A stretch of 64,000 bases of DNA from an uncultured Chloroflexia bacterium (GTDB taxonomy: Bacteria > Chloroflexota > Dormibacteria > CF-121): positions 79,052 through 143,051 of the forward strand of contig CAWCIV010000004.1 of the NCBI GenBank assembly GCA_963795805.1, given 5' to 3'. Under the pieces are notes generated by a model. That model saw only the letters and a list, made by a program, of their open reading frames with translations, was not told the origin of the DNA and searched no databases. Positions 37,386 to 45,996 of this stretch are shown here, one piece after another; position 1 is the first letter of the stretch, and every line of letters begins with the position of its first letter. Position numbers and translations under genes: made by a program.

Positions 37386-38294
37386 GCCGCGACCTGGCGG
37401 TAGGGGGCAGCGGCTTCCGCCGCGCGGGCATAGATGGTCGCATCAGCCGGACGGTGCCCATAGATAGCCTCCTCGAACAGGCGCAGCAGGGGCTGCAACG
37501 TGTCGCGACGATCGGACCGCGCGAACAGCTCGCGGACGGTGAGGGGACTCCGCACCCAGGCCTGTTCCCCGCTGATGCGAACCGCGACGCCCCCGGCGAG
37601 CATCCTGATCGCTCCCCGATAGTCCCCGGCCGCCGCGAGCCGGTCCGCCTCGCCGAAGAAGTCGGCGGGCGCCCGCTGCACCGGACCCCGGGAGCGCGCC
37701 CCTGGCCTCACCGCCGCCGCCGCTCAGGCCGCTGCGGAGCACCAGCACCACCAGCGCCAGGATGATGAACAGGGCCAGGGCCAGGATGAGGAGGATTGGC
37801 AGGTGAAGATGCAGGTTCTGGACACCGAGCCGATTCAGCAGCCAGGCAATCGCCTTGACCACGGTGCCGAGGACCAGCTCAGGGATCGAGGGGGCGGTTG
37901 TCAGATTGGAGTAGCGGGGCATCGAGAGCGTGCGGCCGAGAGCCTGCGACGCCAGCGCTGGATCCGGCGTGTCGACTCGTCCCTGCAACGCCGCGTAGAG
38001 CGCCTGCAGCCGCTGGTCGGCATCGACCAGGCGCGGCGGCTCTGCCCGCAGGTCGGCGAGGATCTCGGGCTGTCCATTCCCGGTCGCCTCGGTCAGCACG
38101 GTGATCGCCTGGGTTCGCGACGGCGAATCCCCGCGCTCAGCGAACTGGACGAGCGTCAGGGCGCGGTGGATGGCGTTGGCGTAATCGTCGGCGGTGCCGG
38201 CAGCCGCAACCGGACCGGGGCGCCCCAGGAGCACGACGACAGCGAGGACGATGCAGAGTCCGGCCCGGGCCGGACGGCCGCTAGGCGGGCGCAG
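37382..38294 (-). pseudogene. DUF4129-family membrane protein with +1 frameshift near 37711
   Basis: The signal peptide, helical and TM part lie in the frame of ORF 37443-38573. The DUF4129-like tail (GDYRGAIR...TVRE...FEEAIYG) lies in ORF 37382-37711. Probable CTG start at 38294. Confidence 0.72.
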
Positions 38295-39225
38295 TGCCTG
38301 GGGTGGTCTGCCTGGCGAGCTGGTCGAGGTCGACGCCTTCTTTACGCACCCGAAGATCAAGATAGAGCATCGTAACGGCGATCGGGGAGATCGCGCCGAC
38401 GACCGCACTGACCAGGGCGGAAACCACGGTGACCGCCGCCGCCCGGACGTCGTCACTGAGGCCGGGCACGAGCGCGGCGATGCCGGTAAAGAGGGCGCCG
38501 ATCGCGGATTGGATGATCGAAACGAGGATGCCCACCAGCAGCAGAATGCCGGCGGTACGCCACCAGTTGCCACTCACCAGCGCAAAGCTCCGCTGGAGCG
38601 ACCGCGCGGGGTTGACCCGCTCGGCGAGGAGCACCGCGTAGGCCAGGGTCCAGCGGACCAACAGCCAGACGATGAAGACGAAGGCCGCGAGCCCGCCAAG
38701 GATTCCGATCGCCACCGCGACCGCGTTCGCCTTGAGGGCGATGAAGATGACGACCAGGATGCCGACCACGAGGATGGCCCCCACCGCGGGGAGGCCGCTC
38801 AGGATGGCGGTGCCGAGAATGCCGAAATAGCGGCGCAGCGTGCCGAGCAGAACGGAGCCCACCGTTTCCGTGTGCCCGGCGGCGAGCGAGGTGGCCGCAT
38901 AGTAGATGGCCCCCAGCGTGAGCGGTAGCAGCAGGAGGGCGATGGGAAAGGTCAGGAAGTAGATCGGCGAGAACTGCGGCTGACGAGACTGGAGGGCCTG
39001 CAACGCGGCGGGATCATTCGAATTCTGGATCAGTTGCTGGAAGTAGGAGAAGTTATTCGCCCGGTAGGAGCCTGAGATCAGGGTGACGACCAGGGTGGGC
39101 AAAATGACCGCCAGGGAAACGCCGGCAATAACCGCGAAGTGGCGGCGGTACAGCTTGAAGGACTCGTCGAGCAGCTCCCCCAGGGGCATCGGCCGAAGGC
39201 GCACGGGCGTGCCAGCGGTTCCCAC
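38281..39225 (-). CDS. Integral membrane protein (GDPD membrane-domain / DUF7544-like)
   Basis: LRPMPLGELLDESFKLYRRHF, SLQRSFALVSGNWWR and LYLDLRVRKEG. GTG at 39225. Confidence 0.85.
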   Translation of the reverse strand: MGTAGTPVRLRPMPLGELLDESFKLYRRHFAVIAGVSLAVILPTLVVTLISGSYRANNFSYFQQLIQNSNDPAALQALQSRQPQFSPIYFLTFPIALLLLPLTLGAIYYAATSLAAGHTETVGSVLLGTLRRYFGILGTAILSGLPAVGAILVVGILVVIFIALKANAVAVAIGILGGLAAFVFIVWLLVRWTLAYAVLLAERVNPARSLQRSFALVSGNWWRTAGILLLVGILVSIIQSAIGALFTGIAALVPGLSDDVRAAAVTVVSALVSAVVGAISPIAVTMLYLDLRVRKEGVDLDQLARQTTPGTAPA

Positions 39226-39226
39226 G

Positions 39227-39451
39227 TCAGTTGGAGCAGGCGCAACCGCCGCCGCAGCCGCAACCACCCGACGTCGAGCCGCTCGCCTTCGATGCCGACT
39301 CGCCGCCAGTGACCGCGAACATCGAGAAGAGCGCCCTGGTCCTGGTGCCCTCGCAGGAGGGGCAGACCTGCCGCTCGTCGCGGCTTGCGAAGGTGCCGAG
39401 CACCTCAAACGTATGCCGGCAGGTCAGGCATGAGAACTCGTAAATCGGCAC
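39227..39451 (-). CDS. FmdB-family zinc-ribbon protein
   Basis: MPIYEFSCLTC...CPSC with a Cys/Gly-rich tail. Confidence 0.9.
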   Translation of the reverse strand: MPIYEFSCLTCRHTFEVLGTFASRDERQVCPSCEGTRTRALFSMFAVTGGESASKASGSTSGGCGCGGGCACSN

Positions 39452-39456
39452 CTACT

Positions 39457-39463
39457 TATTGTA
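39457..39463. promoter_or_regulatory. Overlapping divergent -10 hexamers (TATTGT on +, TACAAT on -) for rsmG and the fmdB-like gene
   Basis: Each hexamer ends 6 nt before its GTG start, within a 17-bp intergenic gap. Confidence 0.6.
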
Positions 39464-39468
39464 GAGAG

Positions 39469-40098
39469 GTGCCTGATCCGGTGACGCGCTATGCGCAGCT
39501 CCTGCTCGACTGGAACCACACCGTCAACCTGACCGGAGCCCGGACGAGGGCCGAGGTCGAGCGCCACATCCGGGACGCCTACCGACTGCTCGAGGTGTCG
39601 TGGGAGGGGATCCAGCGCGCGGTGGACATCGGCAGCGGCGGCGGCCTGCCGGCGATCCCCCTGGCGCTGCGCCTGCCCGAGGTCGAATTCAGCCTTCTCG
39701 AGGCCAATACTCGCAAGTGCGCCTTCCTGCAGCAGGTCGCCATCACCCTCGAGCTGGCAAATGTCCGGGTGCTGCCGGGTCGGGCGGAGGAACTCGCCCG
39801 CCGGCCCGAGTTGCGGGAGCAATTCGATCGGGCGATCTCACGGGCGGTGGCGAAGCCGCCGGTTCTGCTGGAGCTGGCCCTTCCCTTCGTTAGAACCGGT
39901 GGAGACCTGCTTGCAGAAGTCAGCGAATTCGATCCAGAACCGCTCAGCGGGGTGGCCCGGCTGCTCGGCGGTGGCTCGCCGCGTCTTCGGCGCGGATCAA
40001 CCGGCGCGGACGCCATCCTCGAGATCGACAAGATCGGGCCGACGCCATCGGGTTACCCTCGGCGTACCGGCGTGCCAAACCGGAAGCCCCTGGCGTAA
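39469..40098 (+). CDS. rsmG: 16S rRNA (guanine527-N7)-methyltransferase
   Basis: WNHTVNLTG, DIGSGGGLPAIPL, RKCAFL and FDRAISRAV. Confidence 0.92.
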   Translation: MPDPVTRYAQLLLDWNHTVNLTGARTRAEVERHIRDAYRLLEVSWEGIQRAVDIGSGGGLPAIPLALRLPEVEFSLLEANTRKCAFLQQVAITLELANVRVLPGRAEELARRPELREQFDRAISRAVAKPPVLLELALPFVRTGGDLLAEVSEFDPEPLSGVARLLGGGSPRLRRGSTGADAILEIDKIGPTPSGYPRRTGVPNRKPLA

Positions 40099-40128
40099 CT
40101 TCGCCGACGACGGGGGCGTTTCACTCCC

Positions 40129-40992
40129 ATGAGGCCGGCCCTCCGCCTGATCCCCCTGATGGTTATCGGCGCCGTCGCGGCCTTCCTGCTGGTTGGGCCG
40201 CTGACATCTCTTCTCAAGACCCACGCCGTGGCGGGCCGGCCTCAACCCTCCGCCAGCGCGACCATCGACCCGCATGCCGCACCGACCAGCTGCCCGGCAT
40301 CGCTGCCCATGCCGAAATCGGCAGCCGCGACGGCTCCAGTCGCCGCGCCGGTATTTCCCACTCCGGTCTGGGTGAACATTCCCCTTGGCGTCAACCTCCG
40401 ATCGGCACCATCCGCGGCAAGCACGAGGATCGCAACCCTGTCGCAGGGCACGCAGGCGGTGGCCGATAGCCGCATCACGGACGCCGCCGGGGATCCCTGG
40501 TACCACGTCAAGGTGGGCAGCCAGATCGGATACGTTCGGGCCGACTTCACGGCGACCACCGCGCTGCATCCCGTGAGCGGGACGGGATGGTCGCTGATGC
40601 TCCCGCAGGATCTCATCGCAAAGACGACCGACCCGTCGCTGATGGTGATGGGGCGCGCTGGTGACGACCTTCCCTTCCTGACCGTCCAGACCTCCAGCAC
40701 CGGTACCCTGGCGCTTCCGGTGCCTGCCACCGTCCGGGCGGATCTGGCTCCGGTCCAGGACCACAACGCGACGATCCAGGTCTGGAACTACACCGTGGTC
40801 GAGCAGGTCTCGCGCGTCGCCCTCGACACCTGCAAGGTCCCGACGGCCTGGGCGCGTGCCGACCAGGGCTGGCCCTACCAGGCATCGGTCTTCGTGCATA
40901 CGGCGACTCGTGATTACGAGTTCTACTTCCTGACCAGTGACCCCACGTCGCCGCTCGTCAGGCAGGTCCTGGACAGCATCTCGCTATTCTGA
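40129..40992 (+). CDS. Membrane-anchored SH3b-domain protein
   Basis: N-terminal TM, then VNLRSAPS...WYHVKVGSQIGYVRADF. Confidence 0.82.
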   Translation: MRPALRLIPLMVIGAVAAFLLVGPLTSLLKTHAVAGRPQPSASATIDPHAAPTSCPASLPMPKSAAATAPVAAPVFPTPVWVNIPLGVNLRSAPSAASTRIATLSQGTQAVADSRITDAAGDPWYHVKVGSQIGYVRADFTATTALHPVSGTGWSLMLPQDLIAKTTDPSLMVMGRAGDDLPFLTVQTSSTGTLALPVPATVRADLAPVQDHNATIQVWNYTVVEQVSRVALDTCKVPTAWARADQGWPYQASVFVHTATRDYEFYFLTSDPTSPLVRQVLDSISLF

Positions 40993-40996
40993 GTCG

Positions 40997-41764
40997 GTGA
41001 CGGCACAGCGGTGGGAACGAGCCGCCGAGCAGTACGCGACCGGCGAGCATAAGTCCGGCGACGAACTTCCCCTCGCGGTCAAATTCGCCGCCCCGCAGCC
41101 GACTGACCGGGTCCTCGATATCGGCGCCGGAGCCGGCCACATGGCCTTGGCGCTCGCCCCACACGTCAAGTCGGTGGTCCTGACGGACCCGGTCGGTGCC
41201 ATGCTCGACGCGGCGCGCGGCGTCTTCGGCAACGCCGGCCAGACCAACGCCGAGTTCGTCAAGGCCGCCGCCGAGACGCTACCGTTCGATGAAGCGTCGT
41301 TCGACATCGTCACCTCGCGCCTGGCGGCGCATCATTTTGACGACCTCCCCGGTGCGTTGCGGGAAATCGAGCGCGTCCTCAAGCCGGGTGGCGTCTTCGT
41401 GCTGGTTGACACCGTCGCGCCCGACCACGGGGAAACTGGCCGCTTCCTGCATGAAGTCGAGAGCCTGCGGGATCCGACGCACCGCCACACGCTCACCGAG
41501 GACGCGTGGGTGCGGCTGATCGAAGCGGGCGGCTACCGGATCGAGCAGAAAGGCATGGTGCGAAAGGCCCACGACTTCGAGCCCTGGCTGGAGCGCGGCG
41601 GCGAGGACGCGGCGACCATGGCCCGCGTCAGGGAGCGCTTCCTCAACGCCCCGCCTGCGGCTGCCGCCGCATTCGCCGTGGTCGTCGCGGACGGCAAGGT
41701 TCGGTCGTTCACCGACTTCAAGCTGGTGCTCGGCGCCCGCCAGGCTCGGCCCAGGAACTATTGA
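40997..41764 (+). CDS. Class I SAM-dependent methyltransferase
   Basis: VLDIGAGAGH, AETLPFDEASFDIVTSRLAAHHF and LRDPTH. Confidence 0.9.
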   Translation: MTAQRWERAAEQYATGEHKSGDELPLAVKFAAPQPTDRVLDIGAGAGHMALALAPHVKSVVLTDPVGAMLDAARGVFGNAGQTNAEFVKAAAETLPFDEASFDIVTSRLAAHHFDDLPGALREIERVLKPGGVFVLVDTVAPDHGETGRFLHEVESLRDPTHRHTLTEDAWVRLIEAGGYRIEQKGMVRKAHDFEPWLERGGEDAATMARVRERFLNAPPAAAAAFAVVVADGKVRSFTDFKLVLGARQARPRNY

Positions 41765-41771
41765 TCCAAAC

Positions 41772-43052
41772 TTATCGACGCTCGGCACGGACGAGGATCC
41801 ACGCCGTGTTGGTGTGGAGGACATCGCGTTTCACACCCGAGGCCGGATCCACTTCCAGAATGGCTGGCCCGCCCCACGACGAGGCATAAAGCGCGGCCCC
41901 ATCGTCGCTCATGACCACGCTTTCGATGCCCGGATCGCTCAGCAGCGGTCGATCCAGCGTTAGAGCTGGCACATCAATCGACACGGTGCCGGTACTGCCA
42001 GTTGCAACCAGGATCCGGTCATTCATCGCCAACGCCGCCGATCCAATCTGGACGCCCTTGGCAACCGCATCCACGAGGGGGCCAGGCTTTTGGGAGGTGA
42101 GCGGCGTCGGGTTGAACGAGCTCGCAGAGCTAACCTCGTTCGATGGTCCGTCGGATGTGACGTCAATCCGGGCCACTTTTCCAAGGGTCGGGTTTACTGC
42201 GAATAACTCCCTGCCGTCCTTCTTTATCGCCAATGACCACATCATTTGCTCGTCACGCGTTCCGCCCAGCGGCAGATCGATGCACCAGGCGAACGTTTGG
42301 TCGAGATTGAGCGCGTGGACAAAGGCTCCGGTTTTTTCGTTGATGTACAGGCTGTACTGCCAGCCGCCGTCGGGAGCGAAGACACCCGAGATGCGCGTCC
42401 CGGTCATCGACGCGCTCGCGATCTCGCGTTTATCAACGATGACCTGCGGCTGCAGGCCGCCGAGCGCGACGTCGTACCGACGGACGCGGTAGTGGCCCGG
42501 TTGGACCGCGGCGAGGCTTTCGATGAGGTAGAGCCGCTGGCCATCATTACTCATCGCGTCGAAGTCGAAATCGCCAGGGAGCACGACTCGTCGCGGATGC
42601 TGGTCGAAACTGGTCGACACCAGCATGAAGCTCGTCTCGCGTGTCTGGGCAACGCTCCGGAGCGCCAGCCATTTGCCATTGGGGGACAGTCCACCGGTCA
42701 TGCCGGAGGGATCAGCGATTGGAAGATCGAACCAGCCGTCGAAGGAGACCTGCGACACCACCTGGGCCGTGTGCACGTCAATGGCCTGAAGACTCGTTCG
42801 GCGGTTGTCGTGCTTGACGGCGTAGAGCCGGGACCAGTCTGGCGAGGGCGTTCCAACCGGCAGTGACTGTTCGACCCTGCCGGTCGCGGCGTCGATGACG
42901 TCGAGGGGCGCGTTCGCAAGCTGCGCGTTCCGTGCGTAGAGGACATACCCGCTCGTTTGCGCGGCGGCGGTCGAAACACTCGACGTGGTCGCGCACCCGG
43001 TCAGAACAATCGCGGAGGCCGCAACGGCCGCCATACCTCGGATCATCGTCAT
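41772..43052 (-). CDS. Lipoprotein with beta-propeller-like repeats
   Basis: Lipobox LTGC, and repeated SPD/SPN/APD-GxW turns. Confidence 0.75.
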   Translation of the reverse strand: MTMIRGMAAVAASAIVLTGCATTSSVSTAAAQTSGYVLYARNAQLANAPLDVIDAATGRVEQSLPVGTPSPDWSRLYAVKHDNRRTSLQAIDVHTAQVVSQVSFDGWFDLPIADPSGMTGGLSPNGKWLALRSVAQTRETSFMLVSTSFDQHPRRVVLPGDFDFDAMSNDGQRLYLIESLAAVQPGHYRVRRYDVALGGLQPQVIVDKREIASASMTGTRISGVFAPDGGWQYSLYINEKTGAFVHALNLDQTFAWCIDLPLGGTRDEQMMWSLAIKKDGRELFAVNPTLGKVARIDVTSDGPSNEVSSASSFNPTPLTSQKPGPLVDAVAKGVQIGSAALAMNDRILVATGSTGTVSIDVPALTLDRPLLSDPGIESVVMSDDGAALYASSWGGPAILEVDPASGVKRDVLHTNTAWILVRAERR

Positions 43053-43071
43053 GATTACCCTCCGCCTCTAC

Positions 43072-43097
43072 TACACCGGCCGAGGCGTCGGGGTTCC
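43072..43097 (-). promoter_or_regulatory. ECF-type promoter GGAAC-N16-GTGTA upstream of the lipoprotein gene
   Basis: GGAACcCCGacgcctCGGCCGGTGTA. It shares 19 of 26 positions with the motif upstream of the neighbouring sigma gene. Confidence 0.7.
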
Positions 43098-43113
43098 AGC
43101 CGCCGGGGACGGC

Positions 43114-43881
43114 CTAGTCAGTCGAGTTCGCGAGCGCGAGGGCCGCGGCTTTACTGAGGCCCGACTCGATCCGGATCGTCAACGAGCCCTGATCCCAGAG
43201 CACCGTGTTGCCGGCCAGACGGAACGTGTCCTCCTGGGGCACGCCCTGCGTATCGAGGAAGAAGAAGCCGTGCGGCTTCCCGCCGATCCAGTAGCCCGGG
43301 CTGGCGTTGATGTTGACCGGCTCGAGCGTCGCATCGGGGCCGAGCTCCTTCATGAAGAAGTCGGGTTGAACCCGTCCGGGGAACTCGATCAGCAGCGCGC
43401 CAACGCCCGTCTTCCCGGCCTGCGGCAGATCCTGGCTCGGATTCCAGACGAGCGCCACTGCATGACGATCGACAGGCTGGACGAGGTAGACGGCATCCGG
43501 AGGCCCGAGCGAATGGGGATAGGCAATGGCATACGGCAGCGCACCCTGCGCGGCGGCAAAGGTGCTGGGCTGGCCGAGGTTCAGGCGCTGGCCGGCTGAT
43601 CCACCGCGCGTGCTGCCAGGGGACGCGAGGCTGGGAACGCGCTGGATGAGAACACCCTTCAGTCCAAAGAACCCGGCGATTGCGTCGCGCGTCGTTGGAA
43701 ACGCCAGCAGCGCCCCGATTGCCACGACCAGGATGGCCGCCGCGATCGCGAGACGGCGCGGATCGAAATAGGGTGGGCGGGCCGGCGACAACCGCCGGCG
43801 GACGCTGACCACGAACGCTGGCGTTTCCGGGAACTGGATCGCCTGCCCGAGTTCGCTGAGGCGCTGCTCCAGGTCAGCCAT
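43114..43881 (-). CDS. Putative membrane anti-sigma factor
   Basis: Start overlaps the sigma stop. N-terminal LEQRLSELG..FPETP segment, one TM, and an extracytoplasmic domain. Confidence 0.75.
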   Translation of the reverse strand: MADLEQRLSELGQAIQFPETPAFVVSVRRRLSPARPPYFDPRRLAIAAAILVVAIGALLAFPTTRDAIAGFFGLKGVLIQRVPSLASPGSTRGGSAGQRLNLGQPSTFAAAQGALPYAIAYPHSLGPPDAVYLVQPVDRHAVALVWNPSQDLPQAGKTGVGALLIEFPGRVQPDFFMKELGPDATLEPVNINASPGYWIGGKPHGFFFLDTQGVPQEDTFRLAGNTVLWDQGSLTIRIESGLSKAAALALANSTD

Positions 43882-44434
43882 CGCGGCCTCCCAGTTGCTC
43901 TCGAAGGCGGTCGAGCGCCCGCGACAATCGCGATTTGACGGTGCCTTCCGGCCAACCCAGGACTCCCGCGCTCTCGTCCGATGACAGGTCGAGGAAATAC
44001 CGGCAGGCGATGACAAGCCGGTCCTCATGGCGAAGGGTATTAACGGCACGGAGGAGCTCCGCACGCTCCTCCGTGGCCACGGCCAGGCTCTCGGGTGATG
44101 GGGCCGCACCACCCGTGCCCAGCTGGTCGGCAACGCGCAACGAGAGATCGATGCGGCGGCCCGAGCCGCGACGCTGGTTGCGGGCTTCGTTGGCGACGAT
44201 CTGGAGGATCCACGGCCGGAAGCTCGCGCCCGGGCGAAAGCGGGCAAGGGCGCGGAAGGCCTTGACGAATGCCTCCTGGCAGGCGTCCTGCGCGTCGGCC
44301 TCGGACTGGGCGATCAGATAGGCAGTGCGAAAGGACACGGTTGAATAACGCTCCACAAGTTGCTCGTAGGCGTTGACATCGCCGGCACGCGCTCGATCGA
44401 TAAGCTGCGACTCCTCCAGTGGACGGCCCTCCAC
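43874..44434 (-). CDS. ECF RNA polymerase sigma-70 factor
   Basis: AYEQLVERY...DAQDACQEAF, FRPWILQIVANEARN and GTVKSRLSRA. The start is either GTG 44434 or CTG 44419 (after GGAGG). Confidence 0.93.
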   Translation of the reverse strand: MEGRPLEESQLIDRARAGDVNAYEQLVERYSTVSFRTAYLIAQSEADAQDACQEAFVKAFRALARFRPGASFRPWILQIVANEARNQRRGSGRRIDLSLRVADQLGTGGAAPSPESLAVATEERAELLRAVNTLRHEDRLVIACRYFLDLSSDESAGVLGWPEGTVKSRLSRALDRLREQLGGRDG

Positions 44435-44456
44435 CGAGTTACTACCCTGCGATCTA

Positions 44457-44482
44457 TACACCGGCCGCGCTACCGGCGTTCC
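44457..44482 (-). promoter_or_regulatory. ECF-type autoregulatory promoter GGAAC-N16-GTGTA
   Basis: GGAACgCCGgtagcgCGGCCGGTGTA, with identical spacing to the copy at 43072-43097. Confidence 0.7.
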
Positions 44483-44485
44483 GTT

Positions 44486-45973
44486 CTAGGCGCCCAGTCC
44501 CCTGATCGCGGCTTCGACGGCCGCGCGTTCGTCCCACGGCTGCTTTCCGCGACCCACCAGGATGCTTCGCTCATGTCCCTTGCCGGCTAAGAGAATGGTG
44601 TCCCCGGGTGCCGCGCGGCGGACCGCATGGGCGATCCCCTTTTGCCGGTCTTCGATGCGGGCATAGTTGACGCCGACCTTCCAGCCGACCTCTTCGGCGC
44701 CGGCAGCGATCTCGTCGAGGATCACCCCGGCGTCTTCCTCGCGCGGATCCTCGTTGGTGAAGACGGCGTAGTCGCTGAGACGGGCCGCGATCTCGCCCAT
44801 CCAGGGCCGCTTCTCTCGATCGCGATCGCCTGCGCTCCCGAAGACGGCGATCAGCTTGCCGCTGGTCACCGGCCGCAATTCGCGCAGGACCTTTTCCAGG
44901 CTCTGTGGGGTGTGGGCGTAGTCGATGATGACGGCGAAGGGCTGGCCGAGATCGACCCGTTCCATCCGGCCACTGACGCCGGTGTAGGTCTCGAGACCTT
45001 TGCGGATCTCGTCGAGGGAGAGGCCGAGCGCAATGCCGGTGGCCGCGGCCGCGAGCGCGTTGGCGGCGTTCCAGCGCCCACTCACGGCGAGGTGGAACGC
45101 CAGCGGGCCGAGTGGCGTGGTCGCCTCGACCTGGAGGCCCTCGGCCGACGGCTCCACCCGCTGCGCCTTGAGGTCGGCATCGAGCTGGACGCCGTAGGTC
45201 ATCTGCCGCGCGATCGGCCGGCGGACGAGGTAGCCGTAGCTCGGGTCGTCGCGGTTCAGAATCGCGGTCTTTGCCAATCCCTTCGGCGCACTCTGGGCGG
45301 TGAGATCGATCAACGATGCCTTCGCCTCGCGATACGCCTCGATGGTCCGGTGGAAGTCCAGGTGCTCATGGGCGATGTTGGTAAAGACGGCGACGTCATA
45401 GTCACAGCCGCTCACCCGCTGCAGAGCCAGCCCGTGCGAGCTCGTTTCGATGACGACGTCCTGGATGCCTGAATCGCGCATCCTGGCCAGCTGCTCCTGG
45501 ATCTCGAGGGCCTCGAGCGTCGTCTGCCGTGAGTCGTTGGCGTTGATCTCCGTGCCGAGGCGGATGTCAACGGTGCTCATCGATCCGGCGCGCCGGCCAC
45601 TGCTCAGCAGCATGTGCTGGATCATGGTGGTGGTGGTGGTCTTGCCATCCGTCCCCGTCACGCCGATGACCACCATGGCCCGCGTCGGATGATGGAAGAA
45701 CGCGCTCGAGATCAGGGCCAGCGCACGCCGGGTGTCGGCGACCACCACCTGCGGCCAGGCGGTCCCGGTTTGTCGCTGCACCACGGCAACCGCGGCGCCG
45801 TCGCGGAGGGCCGTCTCCACGTAGCGATGGCCGTCCGTGTGCTCGCCGGGAATGGCGACGAAGCAATCGCCCGGGCGCACCCGCCGCGAGTCGTAACAAA
45901 CCCCGGTCACGTCGGGGTCGGCGGGCGGCGCTTCGATGACGGCGACGCCCGCAAGCAACTCGCTCAGCTTCAC
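44486..45973 (-). CDS. murE: UDP-N-acetylmuramoyl-L-alanyl-D-glutamate--diamino acid ligase
   Basis: GVTGTDGKTTT, ETSSHGL, FTNIAHEHLDFH, DYAHTP and LLAGKGHE. Confidence 0.96.
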   Translation of the reverse strand: MKLSELLAGVAVIEAPPADPDVTGVCYDSRRVRPGDCFVAIPGEHTDGHRYVETALRDGAAVAVVQRQTGTAWPQVVVADTRRALALISSAFFHHPTRAMVVIGVTGTDGKTTTTTMIQHMLLSSGRRAGSMSTVDIRLGTEINANDSRQTTLEALEIQEQLARMRDSGIQDVVIETSSHGLALQRVSGCDYDVAVFTNIAHEHLDFHRTIEAYREAKASLIDLTAQSAPKGLAKTAILNRDDPSYGYLVRRPIARQMTYGVQLDADLKAQRVEPSAEGLQVEATTPLGPLAFHLAVSGRWNAANALAAAATGIALGLSLDEIRKGLETYTGVSGRMERVDLGQPFAVIIDYAHTPQSLEKVLRELRPVTSGKLIAVFGSAGDRDREKRPWMGEIAARLSDYAVFTNEDPREEDAGVILDEIAAGAEEVGWKVGVNYARIEDRQKGIAHAVRRAAPGDTILLAGKGHERSILVGRGKQPWDERAAVEAAIRGLGA

Positions 45974-45980
45974 GATCGTG

Positions 45981-45990
45981 ATGCTACGCT
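45981..45990. promoter_or_regulatory. Overlapping divergent -10 hexamers (TAGCAT on -, TACGCT on +) for murE and folP
   Basis: The hexamers end 7 and 6 nt before the murE GTG (45973) and folP TTG (45997), within a 23-bp gap. Confidence 0.65.
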
Positions 45991-45996
45991 CAGCCC

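Noticed and set aside
7400-37725. Programmed ribosomal frameshifting as the explanation for the three +1 breaks
   Set aside because: There is no shared slippery sequence, in-frame hungry stop or stimulatory SD at the three sites. Error or mutation is more parsimonious.
39227-39270. Cys-rich tail GGCGCGGGCACSN as a metallothionein or RiPP precursor
   Set aside because: Such tails are common in FmdB-family proteins, and no modification enzymes are adjacent.
38574-39408. N-terminal extensions of ORFs 38281-39408 and 37443-38573
   Set aside because: They overlap neighbouring real genes (fmdB-like and the membrane protein) and read as non-coding-frame sequence.
43882-44247. 5' extension of ORF 43114-44247
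   Set aside because: It overlaps the sigma gene in another frame. The anti-sigma begins at ATG 43881.
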